A stretch of DNA of 64,000 bases from Hemiscyllium ocellatum (taxonomy: Eukaryota). The stretch spans positions 31,978,468-32,042,467 of the forward strand of contig NC_083440.1 of the NCBI RefSeq assembly GCF_020745735.1, given 5' to 3'. This document shows positions 26,990 through 37,776 of this stretch, piece after piece. The translations under genes and the position numbers were made by a program. The notes under the pieces were generated by a model. It saw only the letters and a list, made by a program, of their open reading frames with translations, had not been told where the DNA came from and ran no database searches. How positions within the stretch are numbered: position 1 is the first letter of the stretch; every line of letters starts with the position of its first letter.

Positions 26990-28255
26990 TTAGCTTCAAT
27001 GATTGTTTTATTGACTCATGGAACACGGTGGTTGCTTTTAGTTGTCGGTAGGTGTCCTTCAGAAGATGGCAGAAAGCTGCCTTTCTGAAATAACATCTTC
27101 CAAAATGACCTGAGGAAGGGAATTCCAGATTTTGACCCAGTTACAGTGAAAGATCGATGATATATTTCCATGTCAGGATGCCGAGTAGTTTAGAGAGGAG
27201 CTTACAGTGGGGCTGTTCCCATGTATCTGCTGTTCTTATCCATCGAGATGCAAGTGGGAGTGGGAAGGTACTGTGTAAGGAAGTGGCTAAGTTACTGCAG
27301 TGCAGTATTTTAGACAGTGCATATGGCAGGTTTGCCTGAAGAAGGGCTTATGACCGAAACATCGATTCTCCTGCTCCTTGGATGCTGCCTGACCTGCTGC
27401 GCTTTTTGAGCAAAGCATTTTTCAGCATATGGCAGGTACTAAGCATCAGATTTGGAGGCAATGGACGCTTGTGGATGTGCTGCTGATCAAGTGGGATGCT
27501 TTGCCCTGGACAATGCCTAGCTTCTTGCGTGCAGTTAAAGGTGCTCCTGTCCAGTCAAAAGGCGAGCTGTGCTATTACCCTCCTGACTTCTGTCTCTTAG
27601 ACAGTTAATTGGCTTTGCAAGTCAGGAGGGTGAGTTACTTGCTGCAGTATTCCTAGCCTCTGGCCTGCTCTTACAACCATTGTATTTATATGGAGTGTCC
27701 AGCTCAATTTCTAATGAACAATAAAACCCAGGATGTCGATGGTGAGGGATTCCGTGATGGTAACACTATTGAATGTCAAGGGGTTTTGGTTAGATTGTCT
27801 CTTATTGTCAATGGTCATTGTCTCGCAGGTTTGTGGTGTGAATGCTATTGGCCACTTGTCAGCTCAAGTCTGGAAATTGTCCAGATTTTGTTGCGTTCGA
27901 ATGTGGACTGAGCAGTCACAAAAAAAGTGCTAGATCAATGCAGATTTCACTTCTGACCTTCTGAGGGAGGGAAAGGCATTGCTGAAGCAGCTGAACATGA
28001 TTGGGCCAAGGACCCTTTCTTTAGGAACTCCAACAGAGATTTTCTTTGGCTGAGACGACTGCCCTCTAACAAGCAGAGCCACCTTCCAATGTGTGAGGTC
28101 TGACTGCAGGCAGCAGGGAGGTTGTCACCTGATACCCATTGAATCCAGTTTTGCTAGGACTCCATAATGTCACACTCTGTCGAATGTGACCTTAATGTGA
28201 AGAGCTGTCACTCTTCCCTCATTTCTGGAATTCAGTTCTTTGTCCATGTTTAAAT
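26990..28255 (-). mobile_element. Old non-LTR retrotransposon RT remnant (L2/Jockey-like), interrupted at 27335-27426
   Basis: The minus strand near 28170-28205 reads ALHIKVTFDRV*, a decayed ALDIKAAFDRVW RT motif. Confidence 0.5.
27335..27426 (+). mobile_element. Half copy of the family-1 Penelope-derived element with a hammerhead-like core
   Basis: CCTGAAGAAGGGCTTATGACCGAAACATCGATTCTCCTGCTCCTTGGATGCTGCC. Confidence 0.75.
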
Positions 28256-28260
28256 CAACT

Positions 28261-28488
28261 AGGAGAAAGTGAGGACCGCAGATGCTGGAGATCAGAGCTT
28301 AAAAATGTGTTGCTGGAAAAGCGCAGCAGGTCAGGCAGCATCAAAGGAGCAGGAGAATCAACGTTTCGGGCATAAGCCCTTCTTCAGGAATCAGCCTTCA
28401 GAAGGGCTTATGCCCAAAACGTCGATTCTCCTGTTCCTTGGATGCTGCCTGACCTGCTGCGCTTTAACCAACAACACATTTTCAGCTC
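28261..28488. mobile_element. Palindromic Penelope-derived element, family 1; minus-strand hammerhead core at 28352-28392
   Basis: Head-to-head inverted arms. The minus strand reads CTGAAGA-A-GGGC-TTAT-GCCC-GAAAC-GTT-GATTC. Confidence 0.8.
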
Positions 28489-29755
28489 CGGAAAACAGAA
28501 TCAACCACTTCCGAGATGATATCACTTCCACCAAAGCCCTGCTGAATTTTATTGCTTAAACCTTACAATTCCAACTTTTAATGAATGCTGCCTCTTAGAT
28601 TTATTTATTAACTTCCCTCAAGCTTTCTACTTTTAAACATAGGTTTATGAGCGAAACTACATATTGTCATTTCGCTCCTTTCACCCGGTGATAACTCTTT
28701 CTTATCTCTCTGACAGATAATTTACTCTAGCTGAAATAATCTTGTGTCTCTTCTGTTTCATTCTGGAAAATGGGAATGGAATTGAATACAATGTTGAGAC
28801 CAACAGCAAACTGTCTGTTTGTTCTTGACACTGTCAGTGTGTTCACCCTCAGAGGTAGGAAGACTGTTTGTGCTGATAATACGGAAAGTAGCGCCTGATG
28901 TATCATTCTCAGCTGGCGCGCAACTTCCTGTTTCTATGTGCCAGCAGCAAGCCACACATCTCACTTCTGATCAGAAAATAAACCCAGGGGATACAGTCTG
29001 GCAGAACCACCTGCCAATGTGGCCTATATCAGGACACAGAGTGTGAAGTGATCACATTGAAGTGACATTTGCAAATTGACCTTTCGATCTCTATTTCACG
29101 GTCTGATTCCAGGATGTCGTTGGACGAGTCTCTCGACTATCTAACACGCTCATTCGATTCACTAATGTCTGGAACACATTGACATGCACCTTTTCATGTG
29201 TTTGATCGTGTACTACTTGTTACTGTCTCTTCAGATTTAATGTTCCCAGCTTTTGATTCTATCTTCTGTATCCATCACCTTCCCAGCCGAATACATTCTG
29301 TTTGATCTATTTCCTAAATTTTGATCAACTAAACAAATAATACAGTTTAGTACAGACAGGTCTGTTGGTGTGTCCGATTAACAACATCAATATATGGAGA
29401 GATCACCTTGGCTGTATCTAACTCTGACCGACATTGAATTCAAATAAACCACAGCACTGTGTGGTTTCAAATTTTGCAAATCCTCTCTCTTTGATAGAGC
29501 TTGTTCTAACGGTTAATTCTTTTCTTGATTGTTTCAGAAACTATAACTAAAAATCCCTATTTTTAATCAAGTTTCAAATATTATTAAAAGTTGCAGCACT
29601 GGCATTTCCTACAGTGAGCTTTGTGGTGTTTAAATGTTCTGGTCAAAATTTGCTTCAAGCAGAAGACTGAACCATTGGTTTCTCTGAGTTCCCAGCCATT
29701 GCCCTTGCAGTTCCATAATAACTGCAAGCTATTGATAAGCCCCAGAATGAACAGA

Positions 29756-30536
29756 ATGTCCAGGCCCTGTACACATCCAAACGCCATGATGGAGGCCTCG
29801 AAGCCCTCCGTTTCTTCCTGACACGCCAACCCAAGCAGTACATGCTCAACCTCAACTACATTTCCTTTCAATCCTCCCACTCCCTCCAAACCAAATGCCA
29901 TCCTTTATTCTCAATTCCTCTGACTCCACCGCATCTGCTCCCAGGAGGACCAGTTCCACCATAAAACATCCCAGATCCTTTATCAAAGACTGCAATTTCC
30001 CCTCCCACGTTGTTGATGATGCCCTTGAACCCCATCCCTCCAATCGCAACAGGGAGCCCTCCTGGTCCTCACCTTCCACCGCACCAACCTTGCATACGTT
30101 ATATCATCCTCTGCTGCTTCCACCACCGTAAACAGACCCCATCACTCGGGTATATTTCCCTCCCTACACCTATCGGCATTCCGGAGACACCATTCCCTCC
30201 ACGACTCCCTCGTCAGGTCCATGCCCCCACCAGCCCACTCCCCACCCCTGTCACCTTCCCCTGTCACCACAGGAAGTGCAAAACCTGCGCCCACACTTCC
30301 CCCCTCACCTCCGACAAGGCCCCAAATGATCCTTCCACATCCCATCGAAACTTATCTATACTTCCACAAATGTCATCCACTGTGTCTGTTCCACCTGATG
30401 TGGTCTCCTCTGCATCAGGGAGACAGGACACTAACTTGCGGATCATTTCAGAGAACGTCTCTGGGACACCCGTACCAACCAACCCCACAGCCCCGTGGCT
30501 GAACACTTTAACTCCCCCTCCCACTCCACCAAGAAC
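29756..30536 (+). mobile_element. Penelope-like element remnant (RT, Cys linker and GIY-YIG endonuclease), internally deleted and frameshifted
   Basis: Reads VQALYTSKRHDGGLEALRFFL (RT), a YSQFL..RICSQEDQF-like thumb, FPCHHRKCKTCAHT, a decayed CGLLYIGETG-like motif, and FREHLWDTRTNQPH.PVAEHFNSPSHS. Confidence 0.85.
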
Positions 30537-31069
30537 AGCCGGTCATATTCCTGTTTAATTCCAATGAATAAATACAAAATAACCGAGTCTGAATTTGGGA
30601 TGATATTAATAGGATTTATTTCGATCGAAGCATGAACAGATTATTTTGACTGAACAGGTGAAGAGATTCACTTCCTGAAAAAGCAGCTCAAGTGATATAA
30701 GCTGGCACCAAACCGAGGTTGGTCAATACTGAGGCAAAACTACAGCATCCAGTCTTGAGTGAAATAAATAAAGAAACTATCTTAACCCCGGAACAAGATA
30801 GAGTGTATTAAATATGAACAAAGACACGAGTATTTTAGGATATAATAGAAAAGTAATTTATAGTATATTGAAATGCAAACAGAGATGTGAGGTCTCTACA
30901 TTCTTCCTAGCTAAATTAATCATTTCAGAAATGCCTTTGTTAATTTTCATGTATCACTCGTCGGTCCATTCCATGAACCTTGCTAGGTCCTTGTTAAATT
31001 CTGAACCATCAGGCGATGGTTCTCAGTGGTTGCGAGTTTCATGTTACAGCAAATTGTGATGTTGTCCAC

Positions 31070-31632
31070 TGTATGCCAATGTCCTAGTTAAAAACTTAAA
31101 GCAATCCCAGCTCCAAACATTTACAAAATATCACTATGGATCTTCCTTGAGTCCAAAAAAAATGTCCCTTTGATCAATGATTTCTAAAATTTGTTCCCAT
31201 AACTTGAAGTGCAAATGGTTCACATCAGTCGGAATACAGTAACATTTCATGTGTTACCCCACACAAAAACAATCAAGCAATTTTGTTGTCACGAGTTGTT
31301 CTAAGCAAGTCTAGGATGGACTGTTTTATCAAACAAAATCATTTCCAATGTTGTGAGGGCTCGTCTATCTTCTGTGCAATGATCTGAATTTTGTATCTGA
31401 ATGCAGATGTAACTGGCTGCTTTGGGTAAAAGTACAGTTTGTGCCTTTCACATTGTTCATGTATATTGCTGACTTTAGTTGAATAAAGTGATGTTGTCCC
31501 AGGCATCGTCTGGCACCATTAATTAGACCATTAATTTCCACATCACTAGCCGGACGGTCAGGTGGAGTTTATTGATATCATTGAACTGAAGGCTTGGAAT
31601 ATTTCCAGTATGAATCATGTGAATTAGAGCCT
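31070..31632 (+). repeat. Left arm of a ~560-bp inverted repeat
   Basis: Reverse complement of ~33588-34189, e.g. CCAGCTCCAAACATTTACAAAATATCACTATGGATCTTCCTTGAGTCC vs GGACTCAAGGAAGATCCATAGTGATATTTTGTAAATGTTTGGAGCTGG. Confidence 0.9.
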
Positions 31633-32489
31633 CTGAACGAGACAAAGTAGGAAAAATGAATTGAGGAAAGATGAAGTTTTCACGACAGAGAGAGATCACT
31701 TCGCCCATCACACCTGTATCACGTGAAAACAGAACCTTCCAGCCAACACCCACTTTATAGCATGTTGTCCATAACCCTGCAGGTGATAGCACTTGAAGTA
31801 AACATTCGGGAACATTGTATAGGGTCTAATCCATTATCAACATAGATATGATCTCCCATGCTGTAAATCCTGGCTTATGGGGAAAAAAGTAGGGGCAGAA
31901 CGCCCATTTCTAAATGTTGTTTCTCAGGACATTTAGACAATTCTTGACTTAATATCATTGTAAACTGACATGAAAACAATGCAGACATGTTCCCCAGAAA
32001 TGCTGACAGCAACATACCTTTACTCAGCCAAGATCAGCAACATGAATTAAGAAAGTTTTAAAAAATCTTCCTTTTAACTGATTATTGACAACACGGATTT
32101 CACAAAGTGAAAAGTACAGAAGGGAAGAGGGGAGGGCTGGGTGTGGACGATGTTCACTTGTGAGAAACAAAGCTCACACACTTCAATAATTTCAGTCCGA
32201 GACAAAATCTGAATCAGTGGTGCCCTTTATTTGACTCTTGCAAGATGGTGTGATGTCCATGTCGACAAGGCAGGGACCCACACACTGAATTCAACTCATA
32301 CACGATATTGATGTAATTTGGTTTCTATTTTTTTATTTCATTGCTCCTCCCCTGTTTACATCTTCCACTTCCCTAAGACCAGCGCCCATTACTCCTGTTT
32401 ATCTCTTGCCTTATCCAGCCTTATCTGTGACAAAATGCTTATTTCTGGCCTCACAAGGCCGTTTGACCTCATCCCGCTGTGGGTCATTG

Positions 32490-32797
32490 TTAGATTAGAC
32501 TTACAGTGTGGAAACAGGCCCTTCGGCCCAACAAGTCCACACCGACCTGCCGAAGCGAAACCCACCCATACCCCTACATTTACCCCTTACCTAACACTAT
32601 GGGCAATTTAGCATGGCCAATTCACCTGACCTGCACATCTTTGGACTGTGGGAGGAAACCGGAGCACCCGGAGGAAACCCACGCTGACACGGGAGAACGT
32701 GCAAACTCCACACAGTCAGTCGCCTGAGTCGGGAATTGAACCCGGGTCTCAGGCGCTGAGAGACAGCAGTGCTAACCACTGTGCCACCGTGCCGCCC
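32490..32797 (-). mobile_element. HE1-type V-SINE, young full-length copy
   Basis: tRNA-derived head (GGCACGGTGGCACAGTGGTTAG...GGGTTCAATTCCC), V-domain GTGTGGAGTTTGCAC...GGTTTCCTCCCAC, CR1-like tail ending in (TCTAA)n. Confidence 0.9.
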
Positions 32798-33587
32798 AAA
32801 AGGCATATCCTTTCTTCACCATTATCTACTCCCTCCATCTGTGCCTTCCCCTACCATACTGATCCTTATGACCCTTTTAATTGGGGTTTGTTCCTGTGTT
32901 TCAGTAAAAGTGGGAAACAGATGTTTATACCTATTGTTTGTACAGGCGTATCTAGCTTAACTCCCTCCCCTCACAGCATCTTATCTATTCGTCTGTAATA
33001 TCTACCATTGTTTTGCAGTCACGTTTCATTCTTGCATACAATTTTAGCTAATACAAAGACAATTATGTATTTCCTCCACATAGTTTCCATTCTTGTTGAC
33101 TCAGCTCTTGGCTGAAACAATTACACACTAGTGTGAGTTCATTTAATTTGTATAAGTAATTATAATTGCAGAAGTAATACTACTTTACCTCTGTCCCACA
33201 CACTGTTCCCTGATGTCTGGTTGCATTTGTGAGCAACAGGTGAACCTGCGAACCAGATTCAGGATGGTACTGCAGGTATTTCAGCAGATACTGTGTAAAC
33301 GGAATTCTCCCATAAATCAGCAATGACATGAACATTTATTTTTTATGGTGTTTGAAACCAAATAAAATTGAACAATATGGTGGGACAAGTTCCTTTCATT
33401 TCTTTGAACTAGTATCAAGGGACACTCTCTGTGGGCCTGGGGTGGCAGGAGGATCTTTAACAGCAGAATGTGAGGGAACAAAGTTACCGTTGGAAATCCA
33501 GATAGACTGGAACTTGTTTCACTGGAGGGTGAGAGTTCGGGGGGTGACCTCATATAAGTTTATAAAGCCATGAGTGGAAAGGTGAAT

Positions 33588-34189
33588 GGCTCTAATTTAC
33601 ATGATTCATCCTGGAAATGTACGAAGCTTTCGTTTCAAAAATATCACATATCAATAAACTCCACCTTACCCTCTGGCTAGTGGTGTGGAAATTAATGGTC
33701 TAATTAACGGTGCCAGACGATGCCTGGGGCAACATCCCTTTATTCAACTAAAGTCAGCAATATACATTAACAATGTGAAAGGCACAAACTGTACTTTTAC
33801 CCAGAGCAGCCGGTTTCATCTGCAGTCAGACACAACTTAAAATTCAGACCATTGCACAGAAGATAGACGAGCCCTCACAACACTGGAAATGATTTTGTTT
33901 GATAAAAGAATTCATCGTAGACTTCCTCAGAGCAACTCATGTCAACAAACTTGTTTTTTTTGTGTGTGTGGGGTCACACACGAAATGTCACTTTAATACG
34001 ATTGATGTGAGCCACTTGCATTTCAGAAGTTATTTGAAAACATCCATCGCATTACATACGCAAATAAATTTTACAAATCATTGATCAAAGGGGACAATCT
34101 TTTTTGGACTCAAGGAAGATCCATAGTGATATTTTGTAAATGTTTGGAGCTGGAATTGTTTTCAGTTTTTGACCCAGACATGGCGTATT
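33588..34189 (-). repeat. Right arm of the ~560-bp inverted repeat
   Basis: Reverse complement of ~31070-31632 with scattered substitutions and indels. Confidence 0.9.
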
Positions 34190-34192
34190 TCC

Positions 34193-34490
34193 CCTATGGT
34201 GGGGGATTTCAACAATAGGGAACATGTTTTTACAATGAGAGGAGAAAATTTTTTAAAAGATATCAGAGACCACTTTTTACACAGAGAATGGTTTGTGTGT
34301 GGGATGATCTGGTGGTGGATACTTACAACCTATAGAAGACATTTGGATAAGTAAATGAATATCAAATGTTTGGAAGGATATGGGCCAAGTACACACAGGT
34401 GGGATTAGTTTAGTTTGGGATTATGACTGGCATGGACTGGTTGGACTGAAGTGTCTGTTTCCATGCTGTCTCACTCCATGACTCTATGAC
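34193..34490 (+). mobile_element. CR1/HER1-type LINE 3' end
   Basis: Typical 3' UTR ending in TGTTTCCATGCTGT...ATGACTCTATGAC. Confidence 0.7.
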
Positions 34491-36362
34491 TATTTATCAA
34501 TGTTTCTCAATATTAAACAGTGCTGTAGTGATCCTCGAATGAACTGTTGATGTTTAGGTTGTGTCTGAGACTCTGCGAATATTTCCTTCAATGAGAGGAG
34601 TGACTAGTTCTCCAAGTTTCACAACTGAAAAATAAACTTTTCTCCAGTATTGTTGCTGAGTAGATGTGTTCCTGCAGAGGCAGTGGTTATGGTTTGCAGT
34701 TTGCTTTCCACCAACTGGTCAACAGTGAGACAAAATATCTTTGATCCACTGCAGAAACTCCACCTGCTTCCAGTAAATGAACCTGGGAACTCAAGGACCT
34801 TTTCTGCAGTCAGCTTAATTGCTGCCAACTATTGTATCTGGCCGATTAAAGGGAAAATGAATCAACTAAAGTAAAATCCTACCAAACAAACTATATTTTC
34901 CCATTTACTCACAATGGATACATTTCACTTGGCATTTCTTCTTTAAAAAGGAAAGTCACAGAATACAGCATTCACTGTATGACTATCAGAAACAGGACAT
35001 TGAATGCAGTGACATTCTGGTTAGTTCAGTCTGTTTATTGAGTATCTTTAAAGCTCCTGAATATGAAGTTAATGGATCCAAAATCCCACATTGCAGTAAC
35101 ATTTGTTATCATCTCAAAGTAAATTAACAAACTTGAATTGGTTCAAACTCACATCACTTGTTGCATCATTCTCTGATTCATGTATCTCATTAAAACTGAG
35201 TGGGCCCTTTATACATGGTGAACACTGGTGTCGTGTAACAGTGAATTTTTGCTTATTTTTATGAGTTAACTGCCCCTGTCAGAGCTATCAGTGAGCAGAG
35301 AAATGTACTGTTTATAACCTACATTCGTGGTAATGATTATTGTAATACTCTCTAATTTAACCAAACACTCCTGATGTCCCCAGACAGTTACCTGCAATGG
35401 TTTAGATGTTGAGGATTTTTTAAAAAAAACGTATGGACTGTCCTGTTCTGGTTCATTAGATGCTCTTTCAAAAGTTTACCTAGGCGTTATATATCACTGC
35501 CAACTCACTTTTTGTTTCTCAGGCACACAGCTTTCCTTTACTATGCATTTTAGGGTCGGAGCAATTTGAAAAAAAAGATGCAAGGAGAGACATTCTGCAA
35601 TGTAAGGAGGTGCTTCTAATCTCCGGGTCCATCCACTCACATTCCGAACATAATCACTTTAGACCTGCTCCATATTAGGTTGCCTAAATGGAATTTAGAA
35701 ACGCAGATTAGAAATGGGATGTTATTTTGTAAAGTGAGAGAGACTTTGAGTGACAGCAAAAATAAAGTCACTCATTTTGTTGGTTAATAATATGATTGAA
35801 GTTCTTTTTAGCTTTATCTGCTTGTGGTGGAATGTAGAATTAAAGGGAGTTAACTTCTAATTGAATATTCTGAATATAATCACTTTGGACACGCTCTGTA
35901 TTCAGTTGCCTAAATTGAATTTTGAAATGTTTAGTATGAATTTCATGTTATTTTGTAGTGGGACAGAGACTGGCAGTGTCCTGGGAAATAAAAGCTCAAT
36001 TGTTTTACTAGCTAGGAATACGTTTGAACTTTGATTTTAGTTTTATCTGCTTGTGAATGAATGTAGAAATAAAGGGAGCTAACTTTCGAATGAATTTTTT
36101 AAAAACAAAATACTTGCAACTATCATGTGAAACAGACCTGAAGCTACTCAATTTTACTTCCACCATTTAAAAAAAACACTCCCAAAGAAGCTATTCAGCA
36201 AAATAAATATCCCAAGATGTGTATATATCCATGTTTAAGCGTAACCTGGTAAATACATGAGCCCATGTGTTGGGGCTGTGCAAGCTGAGACCAGGATCCA
36301 GTCTCAGCCTCCAGCAGGAAACCAACAGGCGGAAGCTGTAAGCCTGCCCTTTCCGATGGCCA

Positions 36363-36368
36363 TATAAA
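36363..36368 (+). promoter_or_regulatory. Probable TATA box of the VH promoter
   Basis: TATAAA ~90 bp upstream of the leader ATG at 36456. Confidence 0.65.
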
Positions 36369-36455
36369 TCCTAGGCACTGGACCGTAATTCAACACTCCG
36401 GGATCGGCTTTGTTTAGAAAGATCTTGACAGAACCGCTTCCCAGAAGTTATCAGA

Positions 36456-36504
36456 ATGATTGTGTCGACAATTTTTCTCAGTTTATTACTGACTTTCTTA
36501 TCAT
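36456..36504 (+). CDS. IGHV: IgM heavy-chain leader exon (MIVSTIFLSLLLTFLS)
   Basis: ATG, a hydrophobic 16-aa signal peptide, and a phase-1 donor GTGAGT at 36505 that is in frame with the V exon. Confidence 0.93.
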
Positions 36505-36633
36505 GTGAGTGTTTTTTTGTTTAAGTCTGTCTTTGTTACTGTCTCAATGTTAGTCCACCTCAGGAATGTAAAAGACTCAGGCATCATTTCATCTGCATTA
36601 ATGCTCATGGTTTATTTCTTGGCTTTTTTAAAG

Positions 36634-36935
36634 GTGTCCAGTCAGAGGTTGTTTTGACCCAGCCAGAGGCAGAGACTGGCCGTCCCGAAGGCAGCCTGAA
36701 ACTGACCTGTAAAACCAGCGGGTTCGATCTCAGCAGCTACTGGATGTACTGGGTCCGCCAGGTTCCCGGCCAGGGTCTGGAGTGGCTGCTTGAGTACAAG
36801 AATCCATCCAGCAATAACTATGCACCAGCGATTAAGGGTCGATTTACTGCGTCCAAAGACACTTCAAACATTTTCTCGTTGGACATGACTAACCTGAAGA
36901 TCGAAGACACCGCCATCTATTACTGTGCAAGATAC
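36634..36935 (+). CDS. IGHV: VH exon ([52 protein letters not shown]...[10 protein letters not shown]), germline and unrearranged
   Basis: AG acceptor at 36632-36633, conserved Cys, WVRQ and YYC, followed directly by an RSS. Shark VH-like sequence. Confidence 0.98.
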
Positions 36936-36974
36936 CACAGCGAGAGGAACCAGGGCTGGACCCATTCAAAAACA
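36936..36974 (+). other. V 23-RSS: CACAGCG, 23 nt, TCAAAAACA
   Basis: Heptamer 36936-36942, spacer 36943-36965, nonamer 36966-36974. Confidence 0.92.
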
Positions 36975-37322
36975 GCTCGAGGGAACATTTTGTCAATTCC
37001 ATCATAAACTGATGGTCAGTTTGAGTTTTAAATGCAATTATACCAACTGCGATCTGAAGCAGACCTCAGGCTGCCTCTTACAAAGCTATCAAAGAGGAAA
37101 TGTACCATTTAAACTAGCAAACTGGTGACACAATGGGACAATGTTTTAGACATGTCATATGTACTGCTAACACTTCCATCAATTAAATGCTCGGACAAAA
37201 TATATCTGACAGCTCAGGAAATCACTGCTAATTGTTATGTCAACTATGGCATTCATTCTAAACATAATCAGTACTAAATGGCTCTTTCAAATGATAATTG
37301 AGACCTAGAGTAAAGAACAGAG

Positions 37323-37402
37323 AATGAGTGTACTGGTCTACATCATTGTGATACTACAGTGGGTCACAGTGCTGTTCACAGCGACATCCTCATACAATAA
37401 CC
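37323..37402 (+). other. IGHD: D1 segment ATACTACAGTGGGT (37351-37364) with a 5' 12-RSS (nonamer degenerate) and a 3' 22-RSS
   Basis: 5' CATTGTG 37344-37350; 3' CACAGTG 37365-37371, 22-nt spacer, ACAATAACC 37394-37402. All three frames are open (ILQW / YYSG / TTVG). Confidence 0.92.
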
Positions 37403-37705
37403 ACTGACAAGGATTTATCTCAAATTGGTGATTTCTACCGTGGCAGGAGCGTGAAATAATGTGAGATGCAATTTAAACACAATCCAGTCGGGCTAGTTTG
37501 TACAAATGTATAATTATTTTCTACCTTCTTCGTGTTGATTGTCAAGTTAAATGCAGACCAAACCTGGAAAAGTATTCCAAGCTTTCAAAATGCAATGAAT
37601 AGTAAAAGCTGAAATAACACACCAAATCATTTTTAGAGGAGTCTGAATCACTGCTTTCTAGGAAGTGAAGAAATTATTTGCATTTTACAGTTTACAGTCT
37701 GTCAT

Positions 37706-37776
37706 AGTATTTGACACAACGTGTCTCACAGTGATATAGCTGGAGTGACACTGCAATTATGATCAATACAAAAACC
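37706..37776 (+). other. IGHD: D2 segment ATATAGCTGGAGTGA (37734-37748) with 12/12 RSSs
   Basis: 5' AGTATTTGA, 12 nt, CACAGTG (37727-37733); 3' CACTGCA (37749-37755), 12 nt, ACAAAAACC (37768-37776). Confidence 0.88.

Noticed and set aside
36921-36927. Embedded heptamer TACTGTG at the VH 3' end
   Set aside because: This is the well-known conserved cryptic RSS overlapping the Tyr-Cys codons; it is expected, not novel.
37377-37402. Second heptamer CACAGCG inside the D1 3' spacer, which might make a dual 12/23 RSS
   Set aside because: It lies only 10 nt from the nonamer, outside the 12+/-1 tolerance.
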